In this document: positions 1 through 13,050 of the stretch, one piece after another | Numbering within the stretch: position 1 is the stretch's first letter | Layout: every line of letters starts with the position of its first letter | Assembly (NCBI RefSeq): GCF_009834535.1 | Contig: NC_045697.1 | Location: 7,504,001-7,568,000 of the forward strand | DNA length: 64,000 bases | Direction of reading: 5' to 3' | Source: Camelus ferus | Lineage: Eukaryota | The notes under the pieces: generated by a model | The model's database searches: none | What the model saw: the letters and a program-made list of their open reading frames with translations, nothing else | What the model was told of the DNA's origin: nothing | Position numbers and translations under genes: made by a program

Positions 1-2519
1 TTAAGACAATAACTTTCCAGGACAGTTTAGAACATCTTTCGAGATTTAGGAAATTCTAACATATCTAGTTTCATTTTGAAATTCTTTTTGAAATTGAATA
101 TCGTGTTAACTGAAGCCCATGGGTCTCCAGCAAAACCTTAACAATTGGGAAAATTCTCCGAAACAATTTGAAAACTTTCTAAAGTTATTTTAGAAGTTTA
201 CCAAAACAAAACAAAACAAAACAATTAGGATGTCTAGAAAGTATTGGTCACTTCGACTTGTGGCAAAATTTTCCCTAGTTGTCAAATTTGAAATGGAATG
301 AATGAAGAAATAAAATAAAGCAAGAAAAGAAAAAAACATAGCTAGAGAAGAAGTAGCTGTGGAGTTAACCATATGAAATAAGATTAAGGTCCTGATTTAT
401 GACAATTGTGAAAGGATTATTACAAGCGTGACCCATACATTTATCAAAATTGTATCGGTATCTCTGAGAGTACAGGACCCTGTGCAAAAGAGGAAAATCG
501 GAGCTGAGTCAGTGTCCCTATTTATCTCAGTGTCATTTGCAAATTTGCTAACTAGAGATAAACCAAACTGATGGGTTAAGATGACTTTGTTCTGATTAAT
601 TTTACGGTAATTCTGAGGGCTTCAGTTTTAAATGAATTGTTTGAATACTAAATTATGCAGCTTTATGATCCAGGAGATAAGCAGCAGCTCTAAAGATGCC
701 TCTGAGACTTAAAAGAGACAGCATTAGAAGCTCATTATTGCCGGCACATTTAACATGGTTAAAGTTGGGGAAAATAGCCATTAAGTTAATGTAATAGTTA
801 AACTGCATTAATTTGAAAAACTGCCCAGTGAAACACTTACAGCAGAGGGTTTATTTTTTTCCCCTTACGTGGAGACATTCTTAAAAAATAAAATAAAAGG
901 CATTTCAAGATTTTTCCCTCCCCTCCTCAAGGCACTTTGGAATTTGGAATTCCAGGCTTTTTCTGATGTGGGTAGAACGAGGGCCACTCTCCGTTCGGTC
1001 GCACAGTAAGGAAGAGGGGAGGGTCCGCTCCCACCTGTGGTCTGTGATGCTTTAGGTCCCATGTTGAGCTGAGTAGTCAATTCAAAGAATGAAAAAGCAT
1101 CACCAGAGCTTGCCTTGAAAGCCACAGGGAACACAAGGATTTGTGTCTTGGGGAATGGAAGAGGCTTTTTAATCTCTTGGAATCTGACTATTTTCTTGAG
1201 AAATCAATAAAAATTGGGTGGGGAATTGCTTGTTGACGATTCCCAGATGACCACACAGCATGATATTTCATCATAAAGTTCTCTCTTTCTTTGAAAAAAA
1301 ATAAACTTTGGCTGCTCGAAGTCTCTCCCTCCATTAGCCTTCACGTCAGTGAACTGCCCTGCTTCTGTGGCCTTTCTCCTAGTCCTACCTTTTATTACCC
1401 AGTTGTTTTGTTTTCTCAAAGAGAATCCACTGTTTTACTTTAATTACTTCAGCTAGTAAAAGGGTGCACCATGCTGCTTATTATCACTGTTATGTTACCT
1501 TTGATAATTATGACGAAGGGTGCATTTGATCCCATGACATCCTCTGTGTCCTCAAAGTGGAAGATGTATCTCTGTCTGAATTTCTTAAGATCAGGATGTC
1601 TGTCATCAGCTGCATCATGAGCATATTAATCCAAAGACCTGACCAAAAACTGAGCTGTCTGAAGCTTAATGAATACAATACATTTCAATTCGTAACACAG
1701 TAAATCTCATTCATATGCCAGTTCACTCCTTTGCAATTCTCCCTTTTGGAAAACAGCACTAGTATTTTTTCAGTCAGATATATCTATGCCTATATATTTA
1801 ATGAAATCATATCTGATTCCTTCTCCCCTCTTTCTTTTTATGCTCTCTCAGTCACAGAGACCAGCTCATAGAACACTGTTTAAGAGAGCAGCATGATCAC
1901 AGTATTTGAAACTCATTCAACCAACAAGCATCTAACTTTAAGGCCAAGGCAAGATGTATTTTAAATTATGAGTATTTGTATCAAAGCTCTGCTAATGGTA
2001 ACCAAGGATTATAAACCAGAGCCCAGGGAGATTTCTGCTGACTGCAAGTAGAATGGGGTTGCTTGATGAAATAATGACTCTGAACTGTGTTACAAAAGAT
2101 AACTTCTTTCTGGCTTGACATAACAGCCCTTCTCAGGACACAGCATTGATGTGCTATATTTTGTCTTCACTCCCTGGCCCCTGCTTAGAGCCAGAGCAAG
2201 TGGGCTGACTAGATAATGAGGAACCACTTTTTCATACAGGTGGAAACGAAGAATGATTCTCTAACCTAATAGATCAATAGACGTGTCCTCTTGCCTTCTG
2301 CTCCTTTCTCTCTTTGTGTTCTACATTTTGGCGTCCGATCTTAAAATTAATTCTCAAACCATACAATACCTGGGTTATAAGGATGGACTCTGTAACCTGG
2401 ATAGAGTGGACCTTTTTGACATAGAGGGTAAAAGTCTTGGGGCTGTGCATGCAGTAGGCTATTGCATTTAATATGGCTCATCTGGAATATGGTCAAGAAT
2501 TAGAATTTGCTTCAAATTC

Positions 2520-2670
2520 TCTGCAGGGTCTCAAAATTTAGATACCCCTCGGAAGAGTGTTAAAACTGCTAATTCTCTGCCCTCCATCTGGATTTTGATT
2601 CTGTATATCTGGAGTGGTGTCTCTGAATCTAGAATCATAATGATTCTCACATAATTCAGATGTTGGACAC
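2520..2670. mobile_element. MER5A-like hAT-Charlie DNA transposon fragment
   Basis: Degenerate match to the recalled MER5 core (gagtgttaaaactgctaattctctg...gattctgtatatctggagtgg...gaatct...tgattct). Confidence 0.5.
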
Positions 2671-2916
2671 AAATGTTTACTTGAGTGATGCCTTAAAAAA
2701 CACTAAGTTAGCAAAAGATAAATCTTACTTCTTTACAGAGAGAAAGAGACATAGGATGAATTCATGGTAGACAGTGGAGAATCACCATCCTGCTCTCCAG
2801 TTTGTCTTCAATACGAGACCATTTGCCAATGTCTCAGTGGACAATGATGGAATTAAGTGTATGGTGGTTAACCATTGTTCAAAATAAGTCACTTTTAAGA
2901 TTAAAAGTGAATGCAA

Positions 2917-3248
2917 GGCAGGGGCTTCCAGATGGCAGAATAGAAGGACGTGGAGCTCACCCTCTCCCAAAATATATCAAAAATACATCTACATGTGGAA
3001 CAATTCTCGCAGAATACCTTCTGAACTCTGGCAGATCTTGTACAAGTGGAACTACAAGGAAAACCCTCAAGAATCTGGATAAACAACAAGGTCCTATTGT
3101 ACAGCACAGGGAACTATATGCAATACCTTCTAACAGGCTAGAAAAGAATATGACAAGGAATACATATGTATAGCTGAATCACTGTGCTGTACACCAGAAA
3201 TTTATACAACATTATAAATCGATTATAATTCAATAAAATTTAAAAAAG
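2917..3248 (+). mobile_element. Bipartite L1 (5'UTR start fused directly to the 3'UTR end), Cetartiodactyla-type, with TSD
   Basis: Exact 13-bp TSD aaagtgaatgcaa at 2904-2916 and 3249-3261, next to a TT/AAAA endonuclease site. It begins with the L1 5' motif cttccagatggcagaatagaaggacgtggagctcacc and ends with aataaa plus an A-tail. The 3' half aligns to the L1 3'UTR at 31510-31670. Confidence 0.85.
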
Positions 3249-3479
3249 AAAGTGAATGCAAAATGTATTTCTAATTGATTGACCAACAAGTTTTATTATA
3301 TTGATGCGCTTACAAAACAGTTATATACATTTAAAGATGTATTTTTATGATTAACAAATTTGAAATACATGACACTTCCAACTAACTCTTCTCTGTAGGC
3401 AGACAATTTTTAATTAAGTAAACTGCTAAGAAACCTAGTAAACTGGTAATAACTTTATTAAATTGAATATATTTTTAAT

Positions 3480-4720
3480 TTAAATTTTTATTTATAAATT
3501 TTATCTTAAATATGTTCATATTCAAAGATACCATCTTTTCCCCCCTCAGTCAAAATTAATTTACTTGACAGACTTATTTTAAGAAACTTGTCCACTAAGT
3601 TGTCCTTGTAACTTTTTATTTCACCAAATTTAGTTGCAGCAAAATCATAGACCTTCTCAATTTCATTCCATTTAATAGAATATAAATTCATCCAATAAAA
3701 TATAGGGGTTCTATCAAGACAGTCTTCTTTTGAGCTTAAATATTTGGGGTGCAATTATTTAATGTCAAAATTAAATATTGGACTCATAGTTTATTTTGTT
3801 CAGTTCTTTTCTCGCTGTTACAAAAATAAATTCAAAGTTTTCTTGTTTGCAAGAAACTAGTCAAAAATTTCAAAAGTCAAAGTTTTTATTGTGAAGTTCA
3901 ATTTACTAAATAAGATGATCAAAATTTCTAATTGATTTCCAAAAATATGCAAAGAGAGTTTGAAGAATTTATTTTAAACATCTCCATTTTTACCTTAGGA
4001 TACTTAGAGAGATTTATAAAGTAGATTCAAATATTTTTACAAGATGGAAAATGAGTAGTAGAGAGAAACCATGTACACCATACTCAGGCATTTATTTGTT
4101 TTATTCCACATCTGCTTCAAAACCAAAATTTTGTAGTTCACCTACTATAAATGTGTATATGTAAACCTATTTGTATTTTTGGCAAGCACACTTTTATTTG
4201 AATCAGTAGCATGTTGTTCGTTTGGATGCAATTTTAATTTATAGGCATACCACAAATAATTCCAACTATATTTCTGCTTCACAGGTGTCTGAATTACACA
4301 ACCGCATTATGCTCCTATGATGTGGTGTTCTACCAAAATTCACATGAATATTACCACCATGAAAATAAATAATGCCATTTTCAGCCCTGAACTTTTAACT
4401 GAATTTACAATGGCATTCATAAAGTTGTCAAATGCTTAATACTAAACTAAATGATATTTCAAAAGCTTTACTTGATTCTGTGATACAGATAAAACCTACT
4501 GAAATAGAGATAACTGAATTTTTTTTTCTTTTAATTTGAAGTCTTTGGATTCAGTTTTCATAAAAGAAAAACCAGTCTTTGAAGTAGATGCTGACACATC
4601 TTCTAGCCTTTATGTGAACAGAGATGCACTGTGAGCCCACAGTGGTCATTTTTTATAAGCATGTTGTGAAAATTATTGGTTCATTGTCAACTTTTTGGAG
4701 AGATGGAGATTAAGACATTA
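3480..4720 (-). mobile_element. hAT-Blackjack-like DNA transposon, decayed transposase
   Basis: ORF 3506-3754 peptide PIFYWMNLYSIKWNEIEKVYDFAATKFGE resembles the recalled BLACKJACK transposase. Upstream frameshifted segments also resemble it (gaactacaaaattttggttttgaagcagatgtggaa). Confidence 0.7.
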
Positions 4721-5519
4721 AATTTTCATTACGAATGGGCTTCCATTTTTCCACTCAGTGCTGCCAATGCAGCTTATTGAAATGCAAAGAAGTACTGGCA
4801 ATTAATTCATTAATTGATTAATATTTTCAGCCTTACATCATGTAATATAGGAACAAAACCACTGTATCAAGAATATTAAAAGCATGCTCTGTGTACTCTA
4901 TGGCAGGAATTCTCAGCCGCATTTATCTATACTTACTTCGCATGCAGGGAAGTTATAACTACCCGTTTGCTGTACGGTCACTGGGATGGTGTCCTGACAG
5001 CCTTGTGCTTCTCCCTGACCACAGTGCAGGTCAAGGACTTCAGTATTTCCTGCTACTGAAGTGGTGGCAGAGATGCACACCTTGACTACTTCTCCCACCC
5101 ACTTACACAAGGAATGCGAACTGTCACTAGCCAAGTCACCAAGCACCCTGCAAACTATTCTTGAGAAGGAGGCATTAATTCTGCTTCACCTGGAAAGTTT
5201 GAGGCAAGGAGAACAGTTACCATTTGTTTAACTGAGTGAGAATTGTCCTCCTTCTATGTTCATATCACACGCATCTGGAGGAAACCATGCCAGAAGCTGA
5301 AAATACAAAGTGTTTATGAAACAGATTTGGGGTTATTTCCATGCAATATTAATACTAGCAGCTCATTAAAAATAAAGAAAAATATGAGGTGAACTTTACT
5401 CTGGACAGGATGCTGTGAAACAGAAATAAATTGGTCTGAACACGATTTATGGTCACCAGGGTTATAAGTAATCATCCTGTTGGCTTCTAGCGTGTTTGCA
5501 ACCATGGACCCAGGATACA

Positions 5520-6960
5520 CAGAAGAGCAGGAGAAAATCAAACAAAAACAAAAATGGAATGGGAACTATAAAATAGAAACAAACAAAACAAAAGAAAGCT
5601 TAAGAGAATATCATTTTAATGGAAAAGATTTATTACAGAAAACTGATCAAAAATTTAAAAAATACTGTATGCTGTGATCATTAATAAAATCCTTCAAGGC
5701 AAGTTGTCTCTTAAAAACCAAACAAACTTACATACTTATCCTCAAAAACAAATCGATGGGTCAGACAATTTGCAGGTACAAGGATAAAATAACAATAATT
5801 GGGATAAAGGCTAAGAGAAAAACACGAATAAAGTAAAAATTGCAAAGAACTCCAACATGCTACAGCTATAACGAAAGTAAAATGCATATTGAAGTCAAAT
5901 CAGTACTAACCGAGAGAGATTTAGTAATGCTAATGAAAAATGGAGAGTTTTTTTTTTTTACCCCAGTGTTCAGAAAGCTATATAAGAGTGGTACTGAGAA
6001 AACTCATAAATATAAAGGAGAACAGAAGTCCAAATTACCCATGGTCGACATTCTGGAAGTGGAGATGACACATTGGAAATAGAAGAAATAATTGACCTTA
6101 GAAGATGCTTTATTTTCCAGAAGAGAAAACAATGTGTCAATATGCAACACACTGGCTCACCATATCCTAGGAGAAATTCTTGGCAATAAGTTTTTCTACT
6201 TTACTTTGTAGGTTTCCTTGTAATTGTAAGTAATCGCTTACAAAATCTAACTAGGATGTAATCTAAGATTTTAAAATCTTAACAGAAGGCTTCTAAATTT
6301 AGTCTAAAAAGTGAGGCAACTGCAGGGAAAAAGGACCAAGAAGAGAATGGTGGTTGTAATGCTAGTCATTAAACCATGTCATAGAGCAAGGATAATTTAA
6401 ATGTGTTTGACTCTGATAGAGGAAGAGATATGCAATTCCATATCGCAGAATGGTTTAAAAAATACAACCTGGCTCAAAAAAAAAATACAATATATAAATA
6501 GAAGCTTAAAGGTGCAGAAGACCTATTCCTAAATAAATTAGAATAACTATTTAGCAATTTGAGGAAAAGATTCAATTCAGGTCTTTCTCCCACACCACCA
6601 ACCAAGCTATATCCCATATGGCAAAAATGAAAAAAAAAATAATGTTATGAAAAATAGAAATAGAAAATAGAAGAGTGGACAAGGGTCATGGATGGAAAAT
6701 TTATAGAGGAGAAATGTAAATATCATGTGAAAATTTGCAATAATATCCATCATGTGAAAATTTGCAATAATATCCAAACACGCTGTTCTTCACAAGTAGG
6801 GATGTAAACTGGTAAGTCATTTTGGAAAAGCATTTGCATTTCCTTCTAATGTTGATTATTCACACACATTACAACCTAGTGGTTTCGTTTCATCAAATAA
6901 AGCTCTGCACACATACAGAGGGAGTTATATAAACTGTTATTAAACCTGAAATATGGAGGA
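5520..6960 (+). mobile_element. Highly decayed old L1 (L1M/L1ME-like) fragments
   Basis: A-rich plus strand with L1 3'-region-like motifs (gggatgtaaactggtaagtcattttggaaaagcatttgca). Confidence 0.55.
6722..6775. repeat. Perfect 27-bp tandem duplication
   Basis: atcatgtgaaaatttgcaataatatcc occurs twice, head to tail. Confidence 0.95.
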
Positions 6961-7124
6961 AGGAAGAAACCTTTATATATATATGTATGTTTTAACCTCA
7001 GAATGCCTTAGAACCCACAGGAAGGAAACAAAAAATTACAAAGCAAGACGGGGAGTACACAGGCACAGAGGCCAAGTTTTGAAAAGAGAGTTTAGAGAGC
7101 AAAACGATCTGGTAGACTAGCTGC

Positions 7125-7479
7125 CTCTCTTCGTCCATTGTGTCTGTTGTAACAAAATACCATAAACTGAGTCTTTTATAAACAGAAGCTTATTTCTTCC
7201 AGTTCTGGAGGCAGGAAAGTTTATGATCAGAGGACCAGACTGTGTGGTTTCTGGGGAGAACCTGCCTGGTTCATAGGGAGGCATCTGATCGCTGTGTCTT
7301 TGCATGACTGAAAGGGCAAGGTGTCTGTCACAACAGGACTAGTCCTGTTCCTGAGGGCTCACTCCTATGACCTGACTACCTCCCAAGGACCCATCTACTG
7401 ACGCCACCATCTTGGGAGTTAGGATTCCAACATATGACTTGTTTTTGGAGACGAGAGATACAAACATTCTATCCTAGCA
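7125..7479 (-). mobile_element. MaLR solo LTR (MLT1A/A0-like)
   Basis: Typical motifs: taacaaaataccataaactg...cagttctggaggc...cctcccaaggaccc...caaacattc. Confidence 0.85.
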
Positions 7480-7558
7480 CTGCCGTTTATGTAAGGCACA
7501 ATTAAGTACAGGGATCAAAAATATTTTAAGGATTTGAAGAGGGTATTCTCAATTATCA

Positions 7559-7910
7559 GTGTATTCGTTTCGTAGAGCTGCTCTGAGAAACCACCATAAA
7601 CTGGGTGGCTTAACACAGAAACACATTCTTTCTGTCACAAGTCTACAATGAAGATGTAGGATAGGTGACTTCCTCCTGAGGTCCAGGGAGAATCAGTTCC
7701 AGACCCCATCTTTCCTCCTTCTCCTCTTCCTCCTCCCCCTCCCCTTCCTCTTTCTCTTCTTCCTCCTTGTCGTCCTTCTTCTTCTCTTTCTTCATCTCTG
7801 TCTCTGCCTCTCTCTCTCTCGATTGCTTTTTGGCTGATGTTTCTTGGAATACATACCCTGCAGGAGCAGAGCTTCATGTGACTTTGGTTACACCTGGCTG
7901 ACATAAACAC
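7559..7910 (-). mobile_element. MaLR LTR fragment (MLT1C/D-like) with an internal CT-rich tract at about 7710-7820
   Basis: tgtattcgtttcgtagagctgct...accataaactgggtggcttaa...agggagaatcagttcca. Confidence 0.65.
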
Positions 7911-7957
7911 TGGTGTGCTCCTGCAAGAATGGTTCCTGTGAAACCTATTTGGGTAGG

Positions 7958-8337
7958 TGCATTATTTTGCTCAGACTGACATAACAAAGTATCACATAAA
8001 AAGGGGCTAAAGCAACATAGATTCATCTTTTTGCAGTTTTAGAGGCTAGACGTCCATGATCAGATGTCAGCATGCTCGATTTCTTCCGAGGTGCCTTTCC
8101 TTACCTTGCAGGTCACCTCTTTCTCCCTGTGTCTTCATGTGGTCTTTGCCCTGTACATGTCTGTGTCCACATATCCTTTTTGTATAAGGGCACCTGTCAC
8201 ATTGGATTAGGGTCAGTCCATATGACCTCATTTTACTTTAATGACTTCTTTAAAGGTTCTATATCAAACACAAGCACATTTTGAGATTCTGGGGATTAGG
8301 ACCTTAATATACAAATTTTGAGAGGACACAATTCAGC
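7958..8337 (-). mobile_element. MaLR solo LTR (MLT1B-like)
   Basis: cataacaaagtatcaca...gtcacattggattagggtc...gagattctggggattaggac...ggacacaattcagc. Confidence 0.85.
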
Positions 8338-9284
8338 AGGGAAAAGGTTTGATGATGGACTGATAATATAAATTCTGAAAGCAAATTCCTAAGTAGATCT
8401 GTAAACATGCTATGCTATCTTAGGCAAACAGTGAAACATAGGTAAAGAAGTGCTTATACAGATGTGTTCTGTGTCTAAAACTACATGCCAAGGCTCAATT
8501 TGAGTAAAATGATAAAATAAAGTACCAAAAATCAATCAGATAAACTAAATGGTTCAAATAAATGTTAAGTAGAAGAGAGTTTTAGGTCATCTATGGAAGC
8601 TAGATTCACCTTTTCTGGTTCCACGCTGCAGGTACTCCAAACTCCTTTTCAGTTGAGAAGCCCACACATTCAGTTTTGCACCAAAGCAAAAGACTGTATA
8701 AGGCGGTCTTACCCTGAAGGGGGTAGGCAGGAAATACGCAGCAGCAATTAACCCCTAACATTGGTCTTGAAGACCTTGACATATCACCTCTTTAAATATA
8801 CATCTTATTAATAAGTCAATTTATATGACGGTAGATCACTGCATTTATGAATCCAGCCGTGGGCTGCCTTCTTAGAATAAGGAAAGCAGCACAGAAAAAT
8901 CAAAATAACATGAGACATTGGTCAGATGGCCTGGTCCTGGAATGACTATGCTCATTCACAGGAACAATATAAATAGTCAATCGGCAAAACAACTAAGCAA
9001 ATAAAAATTACACAAAGACACAATTTCACTAAGAGTCAGCTATGAGTAAAGTCTGAGTTCTAGGGTCATCATGAGCCAGTTGTCTTAGTCACCTAGCCAT
9101 GCTGTCACCTGCTGTATAGACAGGAGTCTACATGACTCCAGCTTACACAGCCAGGGGCATTGGGGGATATCTCTTTGCGCCACCACCCTCAAAATGCTTG
9201 CACATCAAGAACAAAATTTCCACTTACTCCTAATTGCAACGACACTTAGACTGTTAGACCATCTATCTCAGTTGAGTTTGAATC

Positions 9285-9380
9285 CAAGTCCCTTATATTA
9301 TTTGTAATGAGACTCAAGTCCAGAAGGAGAAAATTACTTTCCCAAGACCACACAGCAAAGTAGTGGCAGATCTGAAATAG
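9285..9380 (-). mobile_element. MIR fragment
   Basis: MIR core: ttacttt cccaagaccacacagcaaagtagtggcaga. Confidence 0.55.
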
Positions 9381-11348
9381 GCTGGGTAGAAAAATTAGCG
9401 TCAAAATTTTCCCACGAAAAGTGACCGATTTCCCTCAGCAGGTCTCATATAAACTCCAAGCTGGGAGATGACTTCTACAGTTCCCTTTGATGAATGATGA
9501 AAACACATTATATTAAGCAAATGGTAGAAAGAAAAGCTGCCCCAGTAGATTTAATGACCCAACTCTATTTCCTACCAGGTGGAAAGCGAGAGTTTTGACC
9601 TGAGGTGCAGTGAAACTTATATTTGATGTGGCTAAACTCTGGGTTAGACCTGAGAAAGAATGAGAAAAAAGAAACACAGTTAACTCTCATGTCTTTCATT
9701 TTCCTCAAGAACATAGTACATCTCTCTTAACAAGGTTTCCATGTATTCTCATAATCCGGCCTCAATGGACATTTCATCATCATTCATCACACTCTTTGTC
9801 ATGTGCGTTACCCTAATTACACACAAACTAACTCTCATTCCCCAAACACACCATATTACTTTCTACTTCTGAAACTATGCATGAGATAATCCTTTAATTC
9901 CTCCTTTGTTTATCTCTACAGGAAGAGTCATTAGCTTTCACTGAGTGCCCATTCTTTATAGGGACTTGACCTTCTCTTGAATGTTTTAGCTCTAAAAAAA
10001 AAAAAAAAAAATTGGCTCTGAGTCCCTGATAATCCAACAATTTTTTAAAATATAATTTTTTGCTATATTTCAGGACCCAATTTTTCACCTTCTTTCCCAG
10101 TTTCAGTGACTAGGCATCTGCCTTAATCCCTCAATCACGACTGGCCAATCATGTTTTCTAGAGGATTACACCTATAGGGTTGGAGTTCCACTATCTGCCC
10201 TCGGACTCACTGTTCTCTGCTTCCTTCCATCTCCTGTCTGTTATATTGTGAAGAACATGGCATTAAGCCATAGCAAAAAGATGTAAGTTAGATTTCTGGA
10301 CGTTCAATTTCTTTGTTGCATGCTCTCAGGAAAAGTAACAGCCTCCTGAGTATTGACTGCAGTGTTTGACTGTTGATATCTACCTTCAGTGGACTTAAAA
10401 TACTTAGCTCTTCTCCAACGATCAGTCTTCATGGACTAATCTGGTGGCAGAAGAGAAGCCATGTGCACTGTTCAAAGTGCATCCTTCTATGTTTCAGATC
10501 CAATGGAAAGGATGATTCTCTATCCCAAGATTTCCAAGAAAAGCAATGGAATTGAATCATTTTGCAATGATTTGTGTTAAGCATTCTTTCTCTTCTTTGC
10601 CAGTGGGTAGACATGTTTATTGCCCAGACTGGAATCCCGTACACCTCCTGGGGCTTAGTTATAAGGAAGATGAACCCACTTAAACCCCTTGGTCTGAGAG
10701 AGGTGGAGAAGCCTACATAAAGAAATGTAGAATGATGAAGGCAGAATAAGGGCAAATATGACCCATGGAGGCAAAAAACAATAAATATCCACTAGACCAG
10801 GTTTGCTCTGACTCACTCCCAGTCATTTCCTACTGTGGCAGTTTCATTAAATGTTCTGAATACCCCATGTTGTGACATAAACCTTCTTTGACTGCAGGTT
10901 CTGCTTCTCTTGAGCTCATTTCAGATGTGTCCTTCTGCAGATGCTTTTTGGTAGAACTAAAGACCAAGAAGAAGGAAACCCACTCCAAGTTAATGGCTTA
11001 AAAAGGAGACAAGTGACTCTAGAAGTATCAGAATCTGAACTTACTCAAGAAATGATGGTAGAATCAAGACCTTGCATATCAATTGATTTTCTAACAGCAA
11101 ATCTGAAAGTCTTTTTTGAGCTGGCCATTAAAATGACCTAAACAGATTCCTACTGCTGAGGACTGGCAACCTGCAGTTTATATCTGTGGCTGCATCTGAA
11201 TAATTTTTTAAGGGGATTGCATGCTGTGTGACTTGGAATATGTCACTTTTACTTTCTGGGCCTCAGTTTAATTTAATGTAGATGAACAGATTTGGATGTG
11301 ATTGTTTATTCAACAACAACAAAAACCTATTAGCCACTTAGTGACTGC

Positions 11349-11418
11349 AAACACTGGAAACATGCCAAGAAAAGAGTCCCTTGAAACAATGGAAACATGC
11401 CAAGAAAAGAGTCCCTTG
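11349..11418. repeat. 35-bp tandem duplication (1 mismatch)
   Basis: aaaca(c/a)tggaaacatgccaagaaaagagtcccttg occurs twice. Confidence 0.95.
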
Positions 11419-11989
11419 ATCTGAGTCTTGAAAGAAGAGAATGTACTTGTCAAAACGAAAAAGTGAGGGGGGGGCAAGGATTGCATTCCAGGAAAAAGGC
11501 ACATTATAACCAAAAGCATGGATTGTGAAGCAACTTGGCAACTTTGAGTACCTGAAAGAAATTTATGTTGACAGGAAGTGAAGGGTGAGATTAATGGATC
11601 TTAAATGCTGTGCCAATTCTTTATCATCTTCCATGTTGGATTTCCAAAGTTAGATTTTGCAAGTTGCCTTCCAAATTCAAATTTAGAAAACTTGGGTCCA
11701 GGTTAGCATGAGGACTAGGGCACATTATCTGCAAGAGGAAATGATCCTGATATGATTGGCATCTGTGTTTGTTTTGAAGTTAAAAGGACCACATGTAGAA
11801 TTGCTTGATTTAGCCTGGAGGAGGATTTATTGTTTAACAAGTATTCATTTCTTTCCTCTCTTACTGTGGACATAGCAATCTTTTCTACCTATTGATATTA
11901 GAATCTTGGTCTCACATAATTGTCCATAATAAGAATGTTCCTTGTTCTTCTGGCTTATCCAAAGAAAGTAAGAAAATATGTGGAGTGGA

Positions 11990-12181
11990 CCTGAACAAAA
12001 CTCATGGCCTAGAATCAAGCCCAGGTGACCCACAGTCTAAGAAGGAATCACTCAGTCTTGATCAGCCAAACCACAGTTGACATAAGTATCCATGGATGTG
12101 AGAGTAAAAGCCTGTTATTGAAAGCTGTTGAATTTTGAGGTGGTTTGTTATGCAGCATTATCATGACAGTGACTGACTAAT
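11990..12181 (+). mobile_element. Old MaLR LTR 3' end (MLT1J/K-like)
   Basis: ttgaattttgaggtggtttgttatgcagcatta...gactgactaat. Confidence 0.65.
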
Positions 12182-12779
12182 GGAATCTCTTCCACATTAG
12201 TTAGGAGATCTACTGGATTTCTCCCTCTGTTCCTTGTCCCAGTCTTCCTTCCTTTCTTTTCCAATCCACAGAGACCAGGGTATTTTGAGGTAAAACTAGA
12301 TATAATTATGAAAACTTAGTAAAATGATTGTTTCTAAGGAAGAACTCTTATAGTTAATTCTTTGCCAGCTCACACATGGCTGGATATATCCATGGTCCTG
12401 TGTGGTAGGGCACCAGGACAAAGTAGCTTCCTAGAAAATAATTCATAGTGATGACAGGGTCATGAGCAAAAGCATGTTGCTCAATGGCAATGGTCAGATG
12501 AAGAGTTAGGTGTTATTCCCTGTCCCCCTCTCACTTCAGTTGAGTGGAAGTTGTAACAGAAGCACAGGAATCTTATTGTTAGAATCTGGGAGACATTTTG
12601 TATTTCTGGCAATGTGTTGTGGTCTGTGTAATTGGATATAAAGCAGGTCATGGGAAATTATGTTTTAACCATTCCATTTTATTCTGTTACAATGTCTAAT
12701 CTTAAGAGCTCTGCTTCAAGATCTTGATTTTACTCCACACACACACACACAAACACAGACACACACAGTGTTATAAATA

Positions 12780-13013
12780 AAACACCTTAGCTGTTTGCCA
12801 AAGCTCTGTGGCATACAAGAGCTTTGATAATCTGGTATTTGCCTGTTTATTTGTCTTCATCTGATACTGTTTTGCTCCTCATCTTGAGTCTGTCGAGTTC
12901 CATTCTGCCCGGGGCCTCTGCACCTGCTGCCTCTGTTGCTTGGAGTGTTTTTCATCCTCCTTGTTCATCTAATTAATGTTTATTCATGTTATTGCTTTTA
13001 GTCCAAACCTCCT

Positions 13014-13050
<37 letters not shown>

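Noticed and set aside
2802..3173. 123-aa ORF
   Set aside because: It runs from flanking DNA through L1 UTR-derived sequence and has no protein resemblance, so it is a chance ORF.
13016..13046. A31 run as a retrocopy tail
   Set aside because: No convincing TSD or upstream body; it fits expansion of an A-rich spot inside L2.
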